A stretch of DNA of 63,914 nucleotides, the filler included, from Gonapodya sp. JEL0774 (taxonomy: Eukaryota): NCBI GenBank assembly GCA_027604505.1. It is 53 parts of 53 records of this genome, joined end to end, with 100 filler letters (N's around TTAATTAATTAA, not from the genome) between each part and the next. Parts side by side here need not be neighbours in the genome. Positions count along the whole stretch, not along the records: positions 1 to 1,117 come from JADIIX010003845.1; positions 1,218 to 2,333 come from JADIIX010003846.1; positions 2,434 to 3,549 come from JADIIX010003847.1; positions 3,650 to 4,765 come from JADIIX010003848.1; positions 4,866 to 5,981 come from JADIIX010003849.1; positions 6,082 to 7,197 come from JADIIX010003850.1; positions 7,298 to 8,413 come from JADIIX010003851.1; positions 8,514 to 9,628 come from JADIIX010003852.1; 45 more parts are not named here. One strand, 5' to 3'. The notes beneath the pieces were generated by a model. That model saw only the letters and a program-made list of their open reading frames with translations. It was not told the DNA's origin and did no database searches. A program made the translations under genes and the position numbers. Within the stretch, counting starts at the first letter, position 1; each line of letters begins with the position of its first letter. Below, one piece after another: positions 1 through 12,211 of this stretch.

Positions 1-1117
1 AGGCCAGGAGGCGGGAGGGACGGGGCAGGAGCAGGAGCAGGAGCGGGTGAGGTGGGGGTGGCGGTGGGGACGGCGGGGTGGGAGAGGGGGGTCGACGGGG
101 GTGGCGCCGGTACCGAAGCGACCGGTGCGCGTGTATGCAGAGGTGGTGCTCGTGTGAGCCCTAGACCCACAGTGTCAGTGTCCCGTGTTCCTGCTCCTGC
201 TCCTGCTCCGCCCTTGTGCACCACCACGACGTGACCCTGCTTCCCCCCACCCACACCGACACCACCACCCGACCCGGCCCACTCCACCACCCGCCCCACC
301 GGCGCCGGCGCGGCCCTCCCCACCACGGTCACCTCCGCGGTGTGGGACGTGGAGACGGACAGGGGCTGTGGCACGATGGCAGGCGGGGCGTGGGACGGGG
401 GAAGGAGGTCGAGGGTGTGAGCCAGTGATGGGGACGGGAGAGGGAGAGGGAGGGATAGGGACGGTGGTGACGCGTTTTGTGGAGACACCATACCGGGGCC
501 CTGCGTCCGGGCTGGCGTGGTAGCGGAGGCGGGCACGGTGGTGGCGGGAATGGGGAGTAGCGGGATGGGCGCCATGACGGCCACGCCGATATCTTCCAGG
601 AGGTCGCCGAACGGGTCTTGCGGTTGTAATGTGGGTGGGGGTGGTGGTGGTGGCGGGGTTGGTGGTGGTCCAGCGTGCTTTGGCCCCACCGCGCCCTCGG
701 CCGTCCTCTCCAACTGACACATCTCGACGTCCCGCGCCGCCGCCTCTTCCGGCCCCTCTTCCCACACCTCCTGTCCCGCCCGCCACCCGGTTCTCACCAC
801 CACCGGCGCCGGTACCACGCTCATCTCCACATCCGACTTCCCCCCACCATCTCCACCACCCCCGCGCTGCCCCTCCTCCACCCCCGCCATATCCAGCAAC
901 GCCCACGGTATGGACACGTCCGCCGCAAACTCTTTCCTCCCCGGCCACCCCGGCCCCGCCGCCGACGCAGCCGCAGACCCGGCCCCGCCACCCGCACCCG
1001 TCGAGGGTGTCTTTTCGGGGCGGAGGAAGGTGCGCCAGGCGGATTGTGTGGGAGCGGGTGTGGAGGGGATGGTGGAGGTGGAGGGGGGAGGGGGGATGAT
1101 GAGCGGGCGGGAGGACG

Positions 1118-1217
1118 NNNNNNNNNNNNNNNNNNNNNNNNNNNNNNNNNNNNNNNNNNNNTTAATTAATTAANNNNNNNNNNNNNNNNNNNNNNNNNNN
1201 NNNNNNNNNNNNNNNNN
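1118..1217. other. Artificial contig-joining spacer N44-TTAATTAATTAA-N44 (first of 52; recurs about every 1.2 kb, last at 62716-62815)
   Basis: Identical 100-nt spacer with six-frame stops; flanking fragments decrease in length from 1117 to 1099 nt and are unrelated to each other. Confidence 0.99.
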
Positions 1218-1350
1218 GCAGAGGGTGGAATCATGTCGCAAAAGAATGTTGCAGACTAGACAAGAAAAATGGGAGGGTGTATCAGCGATGTGGGTTAGTT
1301 ATCGATATCGTCTGGATATGTTAACTGGATGAGAAGGACCCAAAAGCCTG

Positions 1351-2302
1351 TCAACACACCATTTGGTCGAGTGCTCGTCCGGATGGGTGGGCTTCGCTCC
1401 AAAGTGTGTGGAACATTGATAAGGCAGTGCTATGTACATAATGAAAATAACGCAACTCACCGACAATAAAAGGAGCCTGATCGATAGATTCCTCCCACTT
1501 TTCTTTCCTTACCGATTCTGCACCGTGTTTGATCTTTTCTTTTATTGTCTCCAACACCTTTTTTGAATGCAGAACGCGTATGTATTCTCTTTGTGTTGAG
1601 AGGTGGGTTGGTCGATTGATACCTGTTGCCTTTGAGATGATATCTTCAACGCCTTCGTCCGGTTTCGGCGCGAGGTGGCGAACAGATGAAAAGTCAAATC
1701 TCGACGCGACACGTGCCACATTGTCGGCCCGCGATGGGACAGCTGGGGTGAGATGCCCACACACAGATTGCGCGAGGACATGGGTAGCAGACGTCTTTGC
1801 TGAGCGCATTAATGCTCGAACAAAGCAAAGGCGGCGCGTGGTGCGAACGATTTCGACTTGAATGTCTGAACCGCAAGAGGTAATGGTAAAATCACGAGGC
1901 AAATTGCCACACCATCCCTCCGTCAAGCGGGCAATCACATTCGCTACGAACCGATTTCTTCTCCAGCCGTTACCGATGCAATGATATCAACCGTGAGCGT
2001 GATAATATGCGGGTACCCTCGAGATTGCACCGCAAGTTGAATCGCTTTCGCAGTCAAAGTAGTGAGATAACCACCGAACATCCTTCAGTTCCAACAATCG
2101 ACTGTGACGAAAGCCATCTGGAGCATAAGTAGACGCATTCGCCTTACCTGCCAGGACCGATCGCGGATGCTCCAAACGTCATCGCTTCCGGAGCTCGTCG
2201 ACGAAAGTTGACCACATTTTGAGTTGATCCATTCGCCGTCCTATCCAGTTCCAGGAGCGAATCGAAGGTCGGAGAGTCTGGTGCGGTCGGATTGGGTGCC
2301 AT
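1351..2302 (-). CDS. Hypothetical intron-containing protein
   Basis: ATG at 2302 (MAPNPTAPDSPTFDSLLELD...) followed by a GTAAG donor and a downstream open frame 1351-1938; no family recognised. Confidence 0.3.
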
Positions 2303-3266
2303 CTTTGGTTCCGAAAATATCTGGGGTAAATAANNNNNNNNNNNNNNNNNNNNNNNNNNNNNNNNNNNNNNNNNNNNTTAATTAATTAANNNNNNNNNNN
2401 NNNNNNNNNNNNNNNNNNNNNNNNNNNNNNNNNTGCTCTTGGTTTCGTTACTAGATAGCGTAGAGTGCTTGAATCGGGTGTTGTTGTGACACGCAGCTCA
2501 CGAATCACGGCGAAATGATGCTCTGATTCCCAAGTTCGAGGGAAAGGATACAGCACCAGGTCCCAAAAAAAGCATTCTCAATGCCCACACACTCTGCGAC
2601 TTGCTCACACATTCTATCAGTGATTTTGATACAGAATGGTCCGATCGGTCCGACCCTGCCTGTTTCGATGATGACTATTTGGGGAGGTCATTTCGAAAAG
2701 CCACACATCGGGATGATTTGACCGAACGGGCTACCGGAACCGAACCTCACTTTCCACACGTCCAGTTACAAGTCAGAAGCAGCTACAGATGCCCTCTCGA
2801 GTGTGTTTTAGCCTGATTGAAGTCATGGTTAGGTCGCCGCACGGTTTCATGACCAACTACCCAAACCAGTGAAGCGGTTCAAATCCTGTCATGCCAGATG
2901 CTATAAATACATAGGAGGGTAACCAAGAGAAATGAAAATACACTCAACGGTTTTCCGAAGGCAGAGACCGAAAAGGATGAGGTTTTTTGGCGCAGCACAT
3001 GACCTTTTCCTCAAGTCAGAGCCTCTCAGCGTGAAACAAAGCGTGGATCCAAGGGTCTGCTGACAGCGAGGATGACCACCGAAGCGTCGTAAGTTCTCAA
3101 CAAAACGAATAGAGCGTCCACGCGGCTCCCGTTTCCGTCCCTCACCGTCCCCGTGTGACCCGTTCGTCCTGTCATTGTTGTGGCCGAACACTTGTCAAAC
3201 TCCATCCGGACCACCGAAACCGCGAAACGCGGAACTGACAGTCCTCAGCTTTTCCAAACATCCGCA

Positions 3267-3549
3267 ATGGCTAGCTCGTCTTCTTTCCTTACCCTCCCGG
3301 ACGAATCCCCCGGAAACTTCAACCTAACAAACCTGGGGCTTGGGAAGCCCCACCTGTCAGCACTAGAGCACTTTTCGGACGCCGGAGAAGACGATGATGA
3401 TGCCGAGGAGTCCTTTCAAATATTCACCGGTGCTGGAGGAGGTGGCGGGCGATTGGACTTCTCGATTGACGCCTCCGAGGGCTTTGGGGTGGAAGATGGG
3501 GTGAATAGGTGGCAACCGCCGGAGTCGCCTGCTCGGTTCGCCAGCAGCG
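3267..3549 (+). CDS. N-terminus of hypothetical acidic protein (partial)
   Basis: ATG at 3267, open to the fragment end (MASSSSFLTLPDESPG...EDDDDAEE). Confidence 0.4.
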
Positions 3550-3680
3550 NNNNNNNNNNNNNNNNNNNNNNNNNNNNNNNNNNNNNNNNNNNNTTAATTA
3601 ATTAANNNNNNNNNNNNNNNNNNNNNNNNNNNNNNNNNNNNNNNNNNNNCTTACCCTCCGCTTTACTTCGCAATAATCAG

Positions 3681-4027
3681 GTGGTGGTACTTTCGATGTG
3701 TCCCTGCTCACCATTGAAGATGGTATTTTCGAGGTTAAGGCTACTGCAGGTGACACGCACCTTGGTGGTGAAGACTTCGACAACCGCATGGTCGACCACT
3801 TTGTCCAAGAATTCAAGCGCAAGTTCAAGAAGGACATGACTGGTAATGCTCGTGCTCTCCGTCGTTTGAGGACCGCTTGCGAGCGTGCAAAGAGGACTCT
3901 TTCCAGCGCTGCCCAGACCACCATTGAGGTAAGTGTCGCCTTTTCGAACCGTCCGTGCATAGTTTGAGGTGCACAGAAAGCTAATTCGTATGGAATTGAC
4001 TTTTACTAGATCGACTCTCTTTTCGAG

Positions 4028-4059
<32 letters not shown>

Positions 4060-4765
4060 CCGTTTCGAAGAGCTCTGCGCTGACCTCTTCCGCTCCACTC
4101 TCGATCCCGTCGAGAAGGTGCTCCGTGATTCCAAGATCGACAAAGGCTCCGTCAACGAGATTGTGCTTGTCGGAGGATCCACCCGTATCCCTAAGGTGCA
4201 AAAACTCGTCCAGGACTTCTTCAACGGCAAGGAGCCCAACAAATCCATCAACCCCGATGAGGCCGTCGCATACGGTGCTGCCGTCCAGGCTGCAATTCTC
4301 ACTGGGTAGGTTTTGCATATATTGAAGACGCATTTTCGCGACGGCTCACATTTTTTCTGCCACATTCAGTACCACCTCCGAAAAGACCCAGGACCTTCTC
4401 CTCCTCGACGTTTCCCCCCTGTCTCTTGGTATTGAGACTGCCGGCGGTATCATGACTCCCCTCATCAAGCGCAACACCACCATTCCCACCAAGAAGAGTG
4501 AGATCTTCTCTACCTACTCCGACAACCAACCGGGTGTGCTCATCCAGGTTTACGAGGGAGAGCGTGCACGGACAAAAGACAACAACATGCTCGGCAAGTT
4601 CGAGCTCACCGGTATCCCTCCCGCTCCCCGTGGTGTGCCCCAGGTGGAGGTGACCTTTGATATCGACGCAAAGTAAGTGGAAACTTTAACGTATTGGAAC
4701 GACTGGCGCACTTATGCTGACACGTTTTGCCTTGTTTTCCTATCAGCGGTATCTTGAACGTCAGC
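3681..4765 (+). CDS. HSP70: Cytosolic Hsp70 (SSA/HSC70 type), internal fragment; exons 3681-3928, 4010-4305, 4370-4672, 4747-4765
   Basis: [82 protein letters not shown] introns keep the frame. Confidence 0.98.
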
Positions 4766-4865
4766 NNNNNNNNNNNNNNNNNNNNNNNNNNNNNNNNNNN
4801 NNNNNNNNNTTAATTAATTAANNNNNNNNNNNNNNNNNNNNNNNNNNNNNNNNNNNNNNNNNNNN

Positions 4866-5194
4866 AATATCCTTCGGACTTGGCTGGGTATAGAAGGAGA
4901 GGAGACCGTACATGTCGGTGACCAATTTCTGTCTACCGGCAATGACATTTCTACAAGAACGGCAAGTTGCACAGTGTGGGTGGCGGATCCAAAGGAGGTG
5001 AGCTTTGCCAGAGAGATATGTTTCTCAAGTATCTTTACCGCACCGAAGGCTTGCTTTGTGAGACACATATTCCGCTTTTTCGCTCATTTCATCAGACCGA
5101 AGATGTTCTCGAGGAGCTGGACGTACTCCTCACCAAGGAATTGTCCCGGCGAACAAATACGGGGACTGAAAGGGTGACTGGCCGAAGACAATAG
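4866..5194 (+). CDS. ISN1: IMP-specific 5'-nucleotidase, C-terminal exons
   Basis: Spliced TVHVGDQFLSTGNDISTRTASCTVWVADPKE/TEDVLEEL matches the ISN1 C-terminal HVGDQF..ND...R.A....W...P.ET pattern. Confidence 0.8.
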
Positions 5195-5302
5195 TAGCAA
5201 TCCAGTGTATATACTATTAATATGCGTGCTTGCAAATACTTGTCATTGTCGTTCACATATGAAGCAATCGGAACATGTTTGCTATTATTGTCATTGATCT
5301 TG

Positions 5303-5981
5303 TTATCCTTGCATGCCACTCGCTGTGGACTCCCCGAGTGCTCCAAAACCTTTACCCGTCACAATATTAGATGCTGCCGCGAATCTGGATACGAGGGTGG
5401 ATGTGGTTTGGGGAGCATTGGCAGAAGAAGTTGCATGCTGAGTTGCAAGTTGTCGCTCTTTTGTGCGATCGCCCTGCGCCTTAGCTGTTCAAACAACAAT
5501 GTTAATGTTAATAATTATGTTCCAAGGTGTTAGTGTGCGGGGAATTCCTCTGAGGTTCGGAGTTGATCAGACCCAGGAGATAGAACGCACCAAGTGTTCT
5601 GTACATGCCGTCCGAACCCTCCCACTTTGAAGGATCCCATTCAGATGGATTCCAGTTACTTCCATACTCTTGAATACCCATGTCCTCCAAAGCGCCAGTT
5701 TTGGCGAAGAGCGAGGGATTGCGAAAGGCTCGAGAAGAAAGTAAACGCTGTGTGAACGATGTGCCACGAAGAAGAAAAGCATGCCATTGCTGGAACTTTG
5801 CCTAGAAAGCGATATCAGGGTAGGTTTCATTGCATTTTGGAGCTCGACCTTCACAGAAGTTAGCAATGCGCACCTCAAGGGCAGGGTCACACAGAAGCGA
5901 AGATGCTTCTGGTATTCCGTAGTTACTCTCTCCTGGAACTTCCCTCGGTAGCATGAGTTTCCTTCGCTTAGCCACAAGCTC
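5303..5981 (-). CDS. SAP30BP: SAP30-binding protein (HCNGP family), C-terminal part
   Basis: Spliced CDPALE/AKFQQWHAFLLRGTSFTQRLLSSRAFRNPSLFAK...GIQEYGSNWNPSEWDP...YRTL/AKAQ fits the HCNGP motif (F...L..S..FRNP......GI.EYGSN....WDP); largely missed by the ORF track. Confidence 0.75.
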
Positions 5982-6081
5982 NNNNNNNNNNNNNNNNNNN
6001 NNNNNNNNNNNNNNNNNNNNNNNNNTTAATTAATTAANNNNNNNNNNNNNNNNNNNNNNNNNNNNNNNNNNNNNNNNNNNN

Positions 6082-6863
6082 ACTTGGCTTGGATGTACGA
6101 GAACGGCATAGGAGTCGAACAAGTACGTTGTTTGTGGCTCTCGTGTGTTCGAGAGATGAACTTGCGCCGTAATGTCACTTTGTGTGGTATTCCCAAAAAG
6201 GACTTCCATCTCGCTAAACGATACTACGATCGTGCCCTCAGTGTTAATTCGCATGCGTATCTCCCTGTCAATCTTGCTTTGGTGAAGCTCTCCATTCGTC
6301 GTTTCTTTTCTTTTTTGACTGGGGAGGGGCGAGCAGTGCCAAGGAATCCCCAAATGCAACCAGGTGTGGACGGCAAGCAAACAACATTGGACTCTTCAAC
6401 TCCCGGCCTTGACGAAGAAGAGTCGGAATACAGATGGTGGAAGAAAGAGCGCGAGAACTTGGAAAGGCGTATGGAGTGGGGACTCATTGTGGTGTTATCG
6501 GTGGTTTTGATGATTCTGTTGCGGGTGCGGACACTGCGATTGCAAAATCTGAGATCGCAACAAGCTCCTGCGGTGGCTGGCCAAAACACGAGAGTTCTAC
6601 CGGAGGTGCAGCCGACACCTCCTCCGAGTGTTGCAACAGTGGCGCAGTCTTCCGGAGTTGCGGTGCCTGTGGCGGCTGTTAGTCCTGCATTAGTCCAACC
6701 ACCAACCACAGCGTTGCAAGAGGAGAGCAACCACGAGGGAAGCTCCCGTAGTGGTGATACTGTCGTTTCTGACAGTCGGACAGATATTGCGGTTGATGAT
6801 AGCAGCAGCAGCCTTAGGCAAAGGGCATCGCGAGAAGGAGGGCCAGATTCTCACGGAGAATGA
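6082..6863 (+). CDS. HRD3: SEL1-repeat ERAD component Hrd3/SEL1L, C-terminus with transmembrane helix; intron 6123-6200
   Basis: LAWMYENGIGVEQ/DFHLAKRYYDRAL...AYLPVNLALVKL is the last SEL1 repeat; TM segment WGLIVVLSVVLMILL. Confidence 0.9.
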
Positions 6864-9728
6864 GTACACGTAGCCTTTACCGGTCTAATAAATATGCAAT
6901 GTAGCTTCCTCTTTGGGAAAAGCCACACGGATGTGTTGGTGCATATTATGTAAATAGAGCGTATAAACATAATGAGCCGCTTGGAAATATCGGAGGTGCG
7001 GCGAGACAGGGAGCGCTCCCTTCCCATTCCCTGGACCTGGTCCTGTCAAAGGGAGTTGACAAAGGGCTGTCGACCCACCCTGGCACGCTGCGCAACTTGC
7101 AAATTACGCGAAAACCAACGCGGGGAAATGGCAGATCAGCTGATTTTGGACGGTCACGCGGTTGAAACTTGGTCGTTAATGACACGGCAGCAGTATCNNN
7201 NNNNNNNNNNNNNNNNNNNNNNNNNNNNNNNNNNNNNNNNNTTAATTAATTAANNNNNNNNNNNNNNNNNNNNNNNNNNNNNNNNNNNNNNNNNNNNAAA
7301 GGAGACAGGTGGCTATGAGATACCTTTGGAGAGTCAGAGGTGGGAGAACTAGAACGAGGGCTACTGGCTGAGGGCACATCAGACTTGATGAGGAGGAAGC
7401 TGCTGTAGCGTGGGTGAGAAAGTATGCGAGTCCACTGCAGGTAGAAAGCATAGTGAATTTTCCAGTATGTATACAATTCAATACTTGTCTGCTCAGTGAG
7501 TGGGACCGTGGGCGAAATGCCTGATAGTAGCAACCACCGACATTATTATTGTAACTTATCTGGATGCAACACTAGTGGTCACACTTCCAGCAGCAATTGA
7601 CGTTATCAAAGGTTCATAGGAGACAGAGGTGAAACAAGGTCTTTGCCAGGGTGATCAAATGTGATGTACTTAATTGTACACAAAGACACAACATGACACG
7701 CATTACATGATAAATATTGAGGAGGATTCTGATGTAATATGTATCTGAGGACATTGAAGTTTGCATAGTAGCTGTTCGCAGGGCAAGAGGTTCCTTCATC
7801 GGATGACTCGTTACCGCCTCGCAGCACATTGGTCCTTCCACCAAAAAGCAGTTCGAAGTCTTGAAGTTGGTGGGATCACTGGTGGGGCTGACTCGCTGAA
7901 CCGTGGCACAGTGGTTCGTGGTCACGCGCAAGCTCCCCCCACCTTTGCTGAGGCCATCTGAGTGACCGATTTCATCCGCTTGGGCTGCTTGTGTTTGCTT
8001 CGACTGCGGCAGAGGCAACGTGGAAAGGGAAAGAGAAAGAAGGTGAAGAAAGGGAACGAAGGTGGGAGCGACGGGGGGTACAGAGAGCGGACGACATGGA
8101 GGATGTGTCGGTTGCCGCACTCGCCGTCACCTGGTGGCTTCATCTCGTTCGGGCAGTTGGAATGGCACAGCTGTCCTTGCCGACAAAAGGACACCTGTGA
8201 TAGTTCTGCTTTCTAGTACTTTTCCGTACTTTTTCGTTATGATTCCTCCAGTCTGACATTGATTGTGTCGGCCAATGGCCTTTGTCACCCACATTCCGCG
8301 CACCACTCCTGGACACAAAGTATCAATGAATCCAACCAATCCAACCTCTTCGTCAACGGCTCCAAGATCCTCGGGTCCTTCCGCCACGGCTCGGTGGGCG
8401 GACGATTCGGCCGNNNNNNNNNNNNNNNNNNNNNNNNNNNNNNNNNNNNNNNNNNNNTTAATTAATTAANNNNNNNNNNNNNNNNNNNNNNNNNNNNNNN
8501 NNNNNNNNNNNNNCCAAATTACAAGAACAAATGGAGCGCGGTAACAAGTGCTTTATGTAATGGCACTGATGACGTTTGCGAGTCTGGGACTTTGACTACC
8601 TTACCGCCCACTCGACGAGCACACTACTCGCTCCCGTTACCTGACGATCCTGGCAGTTTGGCGGGAACCAGAAAGATTCCGGTTCTCAACCACGGGGGAC
8701 GATTCATTGGCGCAACCCAGACCTTTCGCTACACAGTGTGAGCCGGCCTTGTGATGGATTGAGAATGAATTCCCACAAAAAGCCTTGACTCGTTATTATT
8801 GACATCGAAGATTGCCAATCCCAACCACCAATCCTTTGAGTGGGAACTGTGTTGGGAGACCACATGCCTAAGGAGGCGACCACTAAGCACAACCAATGAC
8901 AGCACAATACAAGAGGAAACTACTATAATGGCAATGTATCTCGGTTCAAAAGTCGCACCATTTCACTCCAAGGAACGTTCTCCCACTGCTGGCCAATATG
9001 AAACGCGCAATCTCCATGGTGTTGGTCGTGGTGCTCATTACACCCATCTCCGGGCTGAAAAACTACCTCACACTTTTGTACGACAAACCAAACTGCACCG
9101 GTAGGTTCTCTCATGAAACAAGGTCTGATAAACGTGACCTTGGCTCCTTACATCCGACGATTCCTCCGGTCAATCTTCGTACAGGCATCCCGCAGACCTT
9201 CTCAATTGTAGCAGATTACCGCAGCGTCTTGGATAGACTATGTGAACGCGAACGCCTGGATTCCCATTTCACCGGGGTCTGGATGTCTCGACATACAAAC
9301 CATCTACAAGAATAGTGCCTCGAATCCACAAAACTTAACTTTCAGCCTCGGCGTAGGGTGCATCGACCTTCCTGTTTCAAACTCCACCGACTTTCTGATG
9401 AACACATTGGGCTCCCCTGATTGGGCATGTAGGTACCGAATGATCATGTGTGTCCTTGGTATTCAGCTAAACTCAAATGGTCCGTCACGTGACAGCCCAG
9501 CCGTTTGTGTTGCAGCCACGGCACGAAGGGGTGTGGCTTAGGACGGGCCCTGTGCACCACGAGGGGGGGCTTCCCTTGTGCGCCCGGCCCTCCCCCACAT
9601 TCTCGCCAACGTCGTCTCAGGTGGGAATNNNNNNNNNNNNNNNNNNNNNNNNNNNNNNNNNNNNNNNNNNNNTTAATTAATTAANNNNNNNNNNNNNNNN
9701 NNNNNNNNNNNNNNNNNNNNNNNNNNNN

Positions 9729-9951
9729 GGAGAGTTTGGACACGACGAGGTCGGTGATGGTGGACTTGCCTGTTGTTGTGTAGATGTTAGAAGAACAGGG
9801 GGATGAAAAAATGGGGAAATTTGAATGGGTTCAATCACGGAACCACAATTGCACCACAAGACTCCGATTCCCCCCGGGAGTCTACCAGACACGTACCGCA
9901 CCCAGACACGCCCATGACAAACACAACGTGGATCGATCCTGCCGACGACAT
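9729..9951 (-). CDS. Gluconokinase (GntK/IdnK family), N-terminus; exons 9951-9897 and 9769-9729
   Basis: MSSAGSIHVVFVMGVSGCG/KSTITDLV reconstitutes the P-loop MGVSGCGKST. Confidence 0.8.
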
Positions 9952-10287
9952 CAACAGCCACTCGGTTGATTGATGGCAGCACAGAGGTCGGAAGTCTGAA
10001 TGAGTGGTCTGTGGCCAGGGCGCTGTGGTCATTGAGGGGCTGCATGAATCCGTCAAACCCAGATGGGATAGAACTCATTGTTGCAACCTCGACGTGATTG
10101 CGAGGGCATTGGCATATTATTGAAGTGGCAAGGACAATGGTTTTTTTGTCTTGGTAAGGTGTGTCATGTGAAGTGAAACAAGATCCCCAAAGTACGGTAG
10201 TTTCAAAGTATGTGAGAGTTCGGATTCTCTTCCCACAGAGTACAGTTTCAGGGCATTGCCCTGGCAATTGCTTACTGTCGACAGATA

Positions 10288-10842
10288 CTACAATATCAAT
10301 AGACTGAATAATTCTAATTCAACAGTTGCTAGAGAGTGCATTTTGAGCAGAGCTTGATGTTGTATGACCACTGAGTCGATGTGCGGGACGTAGTATAGTG
10401 TAGGCGCGTTCACATAGCGGTCCGACCAGACCGGACTCACAGAATACATATAGAATCGGGACGTCGATTCGCCCCGCGGCGCGTTCCCCAGCAATTGGGT
10501 CAGAGTAAAGTCATAATTTAGCCAGGTAAGAAAGAACATACACAGTGTCAGATTAAAGATGCCCAGGGTGAGAATGATGAAGAATTTTGGCTGGCAAGGA
10601 TGAGAAAAGAGGTTTGCCAAGGATAGGGGAAAGAACCTTTTGGATTGGATAAAAGATTCATGCGGTGTTTACTGGCAACAATAGGGACTAAAATCCTGTG
10701 ATGACACCAAGCAAAAGCCCCACAGTTGTGACTGTATGCCGGAATCATGAGCCAAGTCGGTTATTAGGGGATTGATATCTTCATCCCAAAATATGCAATT
10801 GCTTACCGGAGAGGAATGGATATGCAAAATTGAGACACTCTG
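10288..10842 (-). CDS. Hypothetical membrane protein, C-terminal exons
   Basis: Hydrophobic segment FFIILTLGIFNLTLCMFFLTWL in an open frame with upstream splice signals. Confidence 0.3.
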
Positions 10843-11337
10843 NNNNNNNNNNNNNNNNNNNNNNNNNNNNNNNNNNNNNNNNNNNNTTAATTAATTAANN
10901 NNNNNNNNNNNNNNNNNNNNNNNNNNNNNNNNNNNNNNNNNNGTCCGTCGCTCGTTACAGACCTACAAATCTTCTTTCTGGCATTCGCCTGGTTGCAAAG
11001 TGGAAATCGGATGAGGGCTGGAAAGTCCAGACCCCACGCCCTCCTGTGCGGCGTTACCGGGTGGCGGCGACCTGAGGCGCCCAGCACAGGTGGGTTGACG
11101 AGAATTTTTGGATGTGCTTCGCGCAAATGCTCTGAAAAGTGTTTCAATCTTCTGAACGATGTGTTCGTCTGATAGGGTGCGAACCGGTGGACGTCAAGTA
11201 TTCGCCGAGTCATTTGTCTTGAGGACAAGACAAAAGGATAAACACAACGTCGAGCATCTTTGTTGATATTTTGCAGACTCAAAGTTAACCCTACTGCACG
11301 TCAATGGTTCGTTTCTGGTTCTCTCGTCAGAGGGAAT

Positions 11338-12054
11338 CTATTTGACGCACAAATAGTTGCCACGTCCGAGTAGACCTGGTCACATACTGAGTGTCTTCCA
11401 GTGGATTCCATCCTCCCAGTTTTTGTCCCTCCACCGAGTAACGTCTTTTCTTTCCGCAATGGCGCCTCACTGTCAGAACGGTCTGTCCATCTGAAATAGA
11501 TTGTGGTAGTCAGAGCGATGACGGACCAAGTCATCTACCATAAGTTACTCAAGCTTATGAGGTATGATGCTTGAGTCATCCTCAATGGCAATAGTCTCGA
11601 GCTTCAGAAGGGTCTCAAGCAGGTATAGAATACTAGTGATGGAATAATCACCATATCCATCAAGCCTTAGCGTGGTGATATTTGCACAGCTCGCAACAAT
11701 ATCGTCAATCATCGTTGGAATATCACGATTTGACTCGTCAACGAGACATGGCCTCAGGTCCAACCCACGAAGCTGGCTACCAATGGCGTTGAGAAGGTCT
11801 GCAACATTGTCCCATTCACACTTGTATTCGTCAAGTGAAAGGTGTGAAAGGGCTGAAAATGACTGTATCCAGTCTAGTCACAGTGCATGGTAGACTTCAA
11901 GCAATTCAAGATCTGGAAGTACGGGAACCCTGTAGCCCAAGTTGCTTGATGTGTGGAAACCTCCGGAACAACACAAACACCTTACTGAGCTTGGCAACAG
12001 CTGAGCTAGTGGTAAGGTGTCCTCGCTTGCAGACTCAGAGTGTCCAAGTTCCAA
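11338..12054 (-). pseudogene. Decayed LRR-like (RNI/F-box-type) gene
   Basis: One frame reads LPDLELLEV..*..FSALSHLSLD...QLRGLDLR...SCANITTLRLDG...LLKLETIAIE..* with in-frame TGA/TAA stops and no introns removing them. Confidence 0.6.
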
Positions 12055-12211
12055 TANNNNNNNNNNNNNNNNNNNNNNNNNNNNNNNNNNNNNNNNNNNN
12101 TTAATTAATTAANNNNNNNNNNNNNNNNNNNNNNNNNNNNNNNNNNNNNNNNNNNNGGTGAGCGGGAGGAAGGTGGTGGAAGGGGGGACGGGAGGGGTAT
12201 GCGGGAAGTAC

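Noticed and set aside
1..1117. Many overlapping ORFs in GC-rich fragments (also 42386-43489, 52010-53111)
   Set aside because: Stop scarcity at high GC; translations are low complexity with no recognisable domain
1162..1173. Regularly spaced TTAATTAATTAA as a CRISPR-like or biological repeat
   Set aside because: Always centred in 44+44 Ns; a synthetic six-frame-stop linker
3677..4333. 218-aa antisense ORF over Hsp70
   Set aside because: Well-known shadow frame opposite Hsp70 coding sequence; the plus strand explains the signal
8514..9628. Possible secreted or membrane protein exons
   Set aside because: Could not assemble a consistent spliced frame or recognise a family
11338..12054. In-frame TGA as selenocysteine or a variant genetic code
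   Set aside because: TAA also interrupts the frame, there is no redox-motif context, and other genes here end normally in TGA; mutation is the simpler explanation
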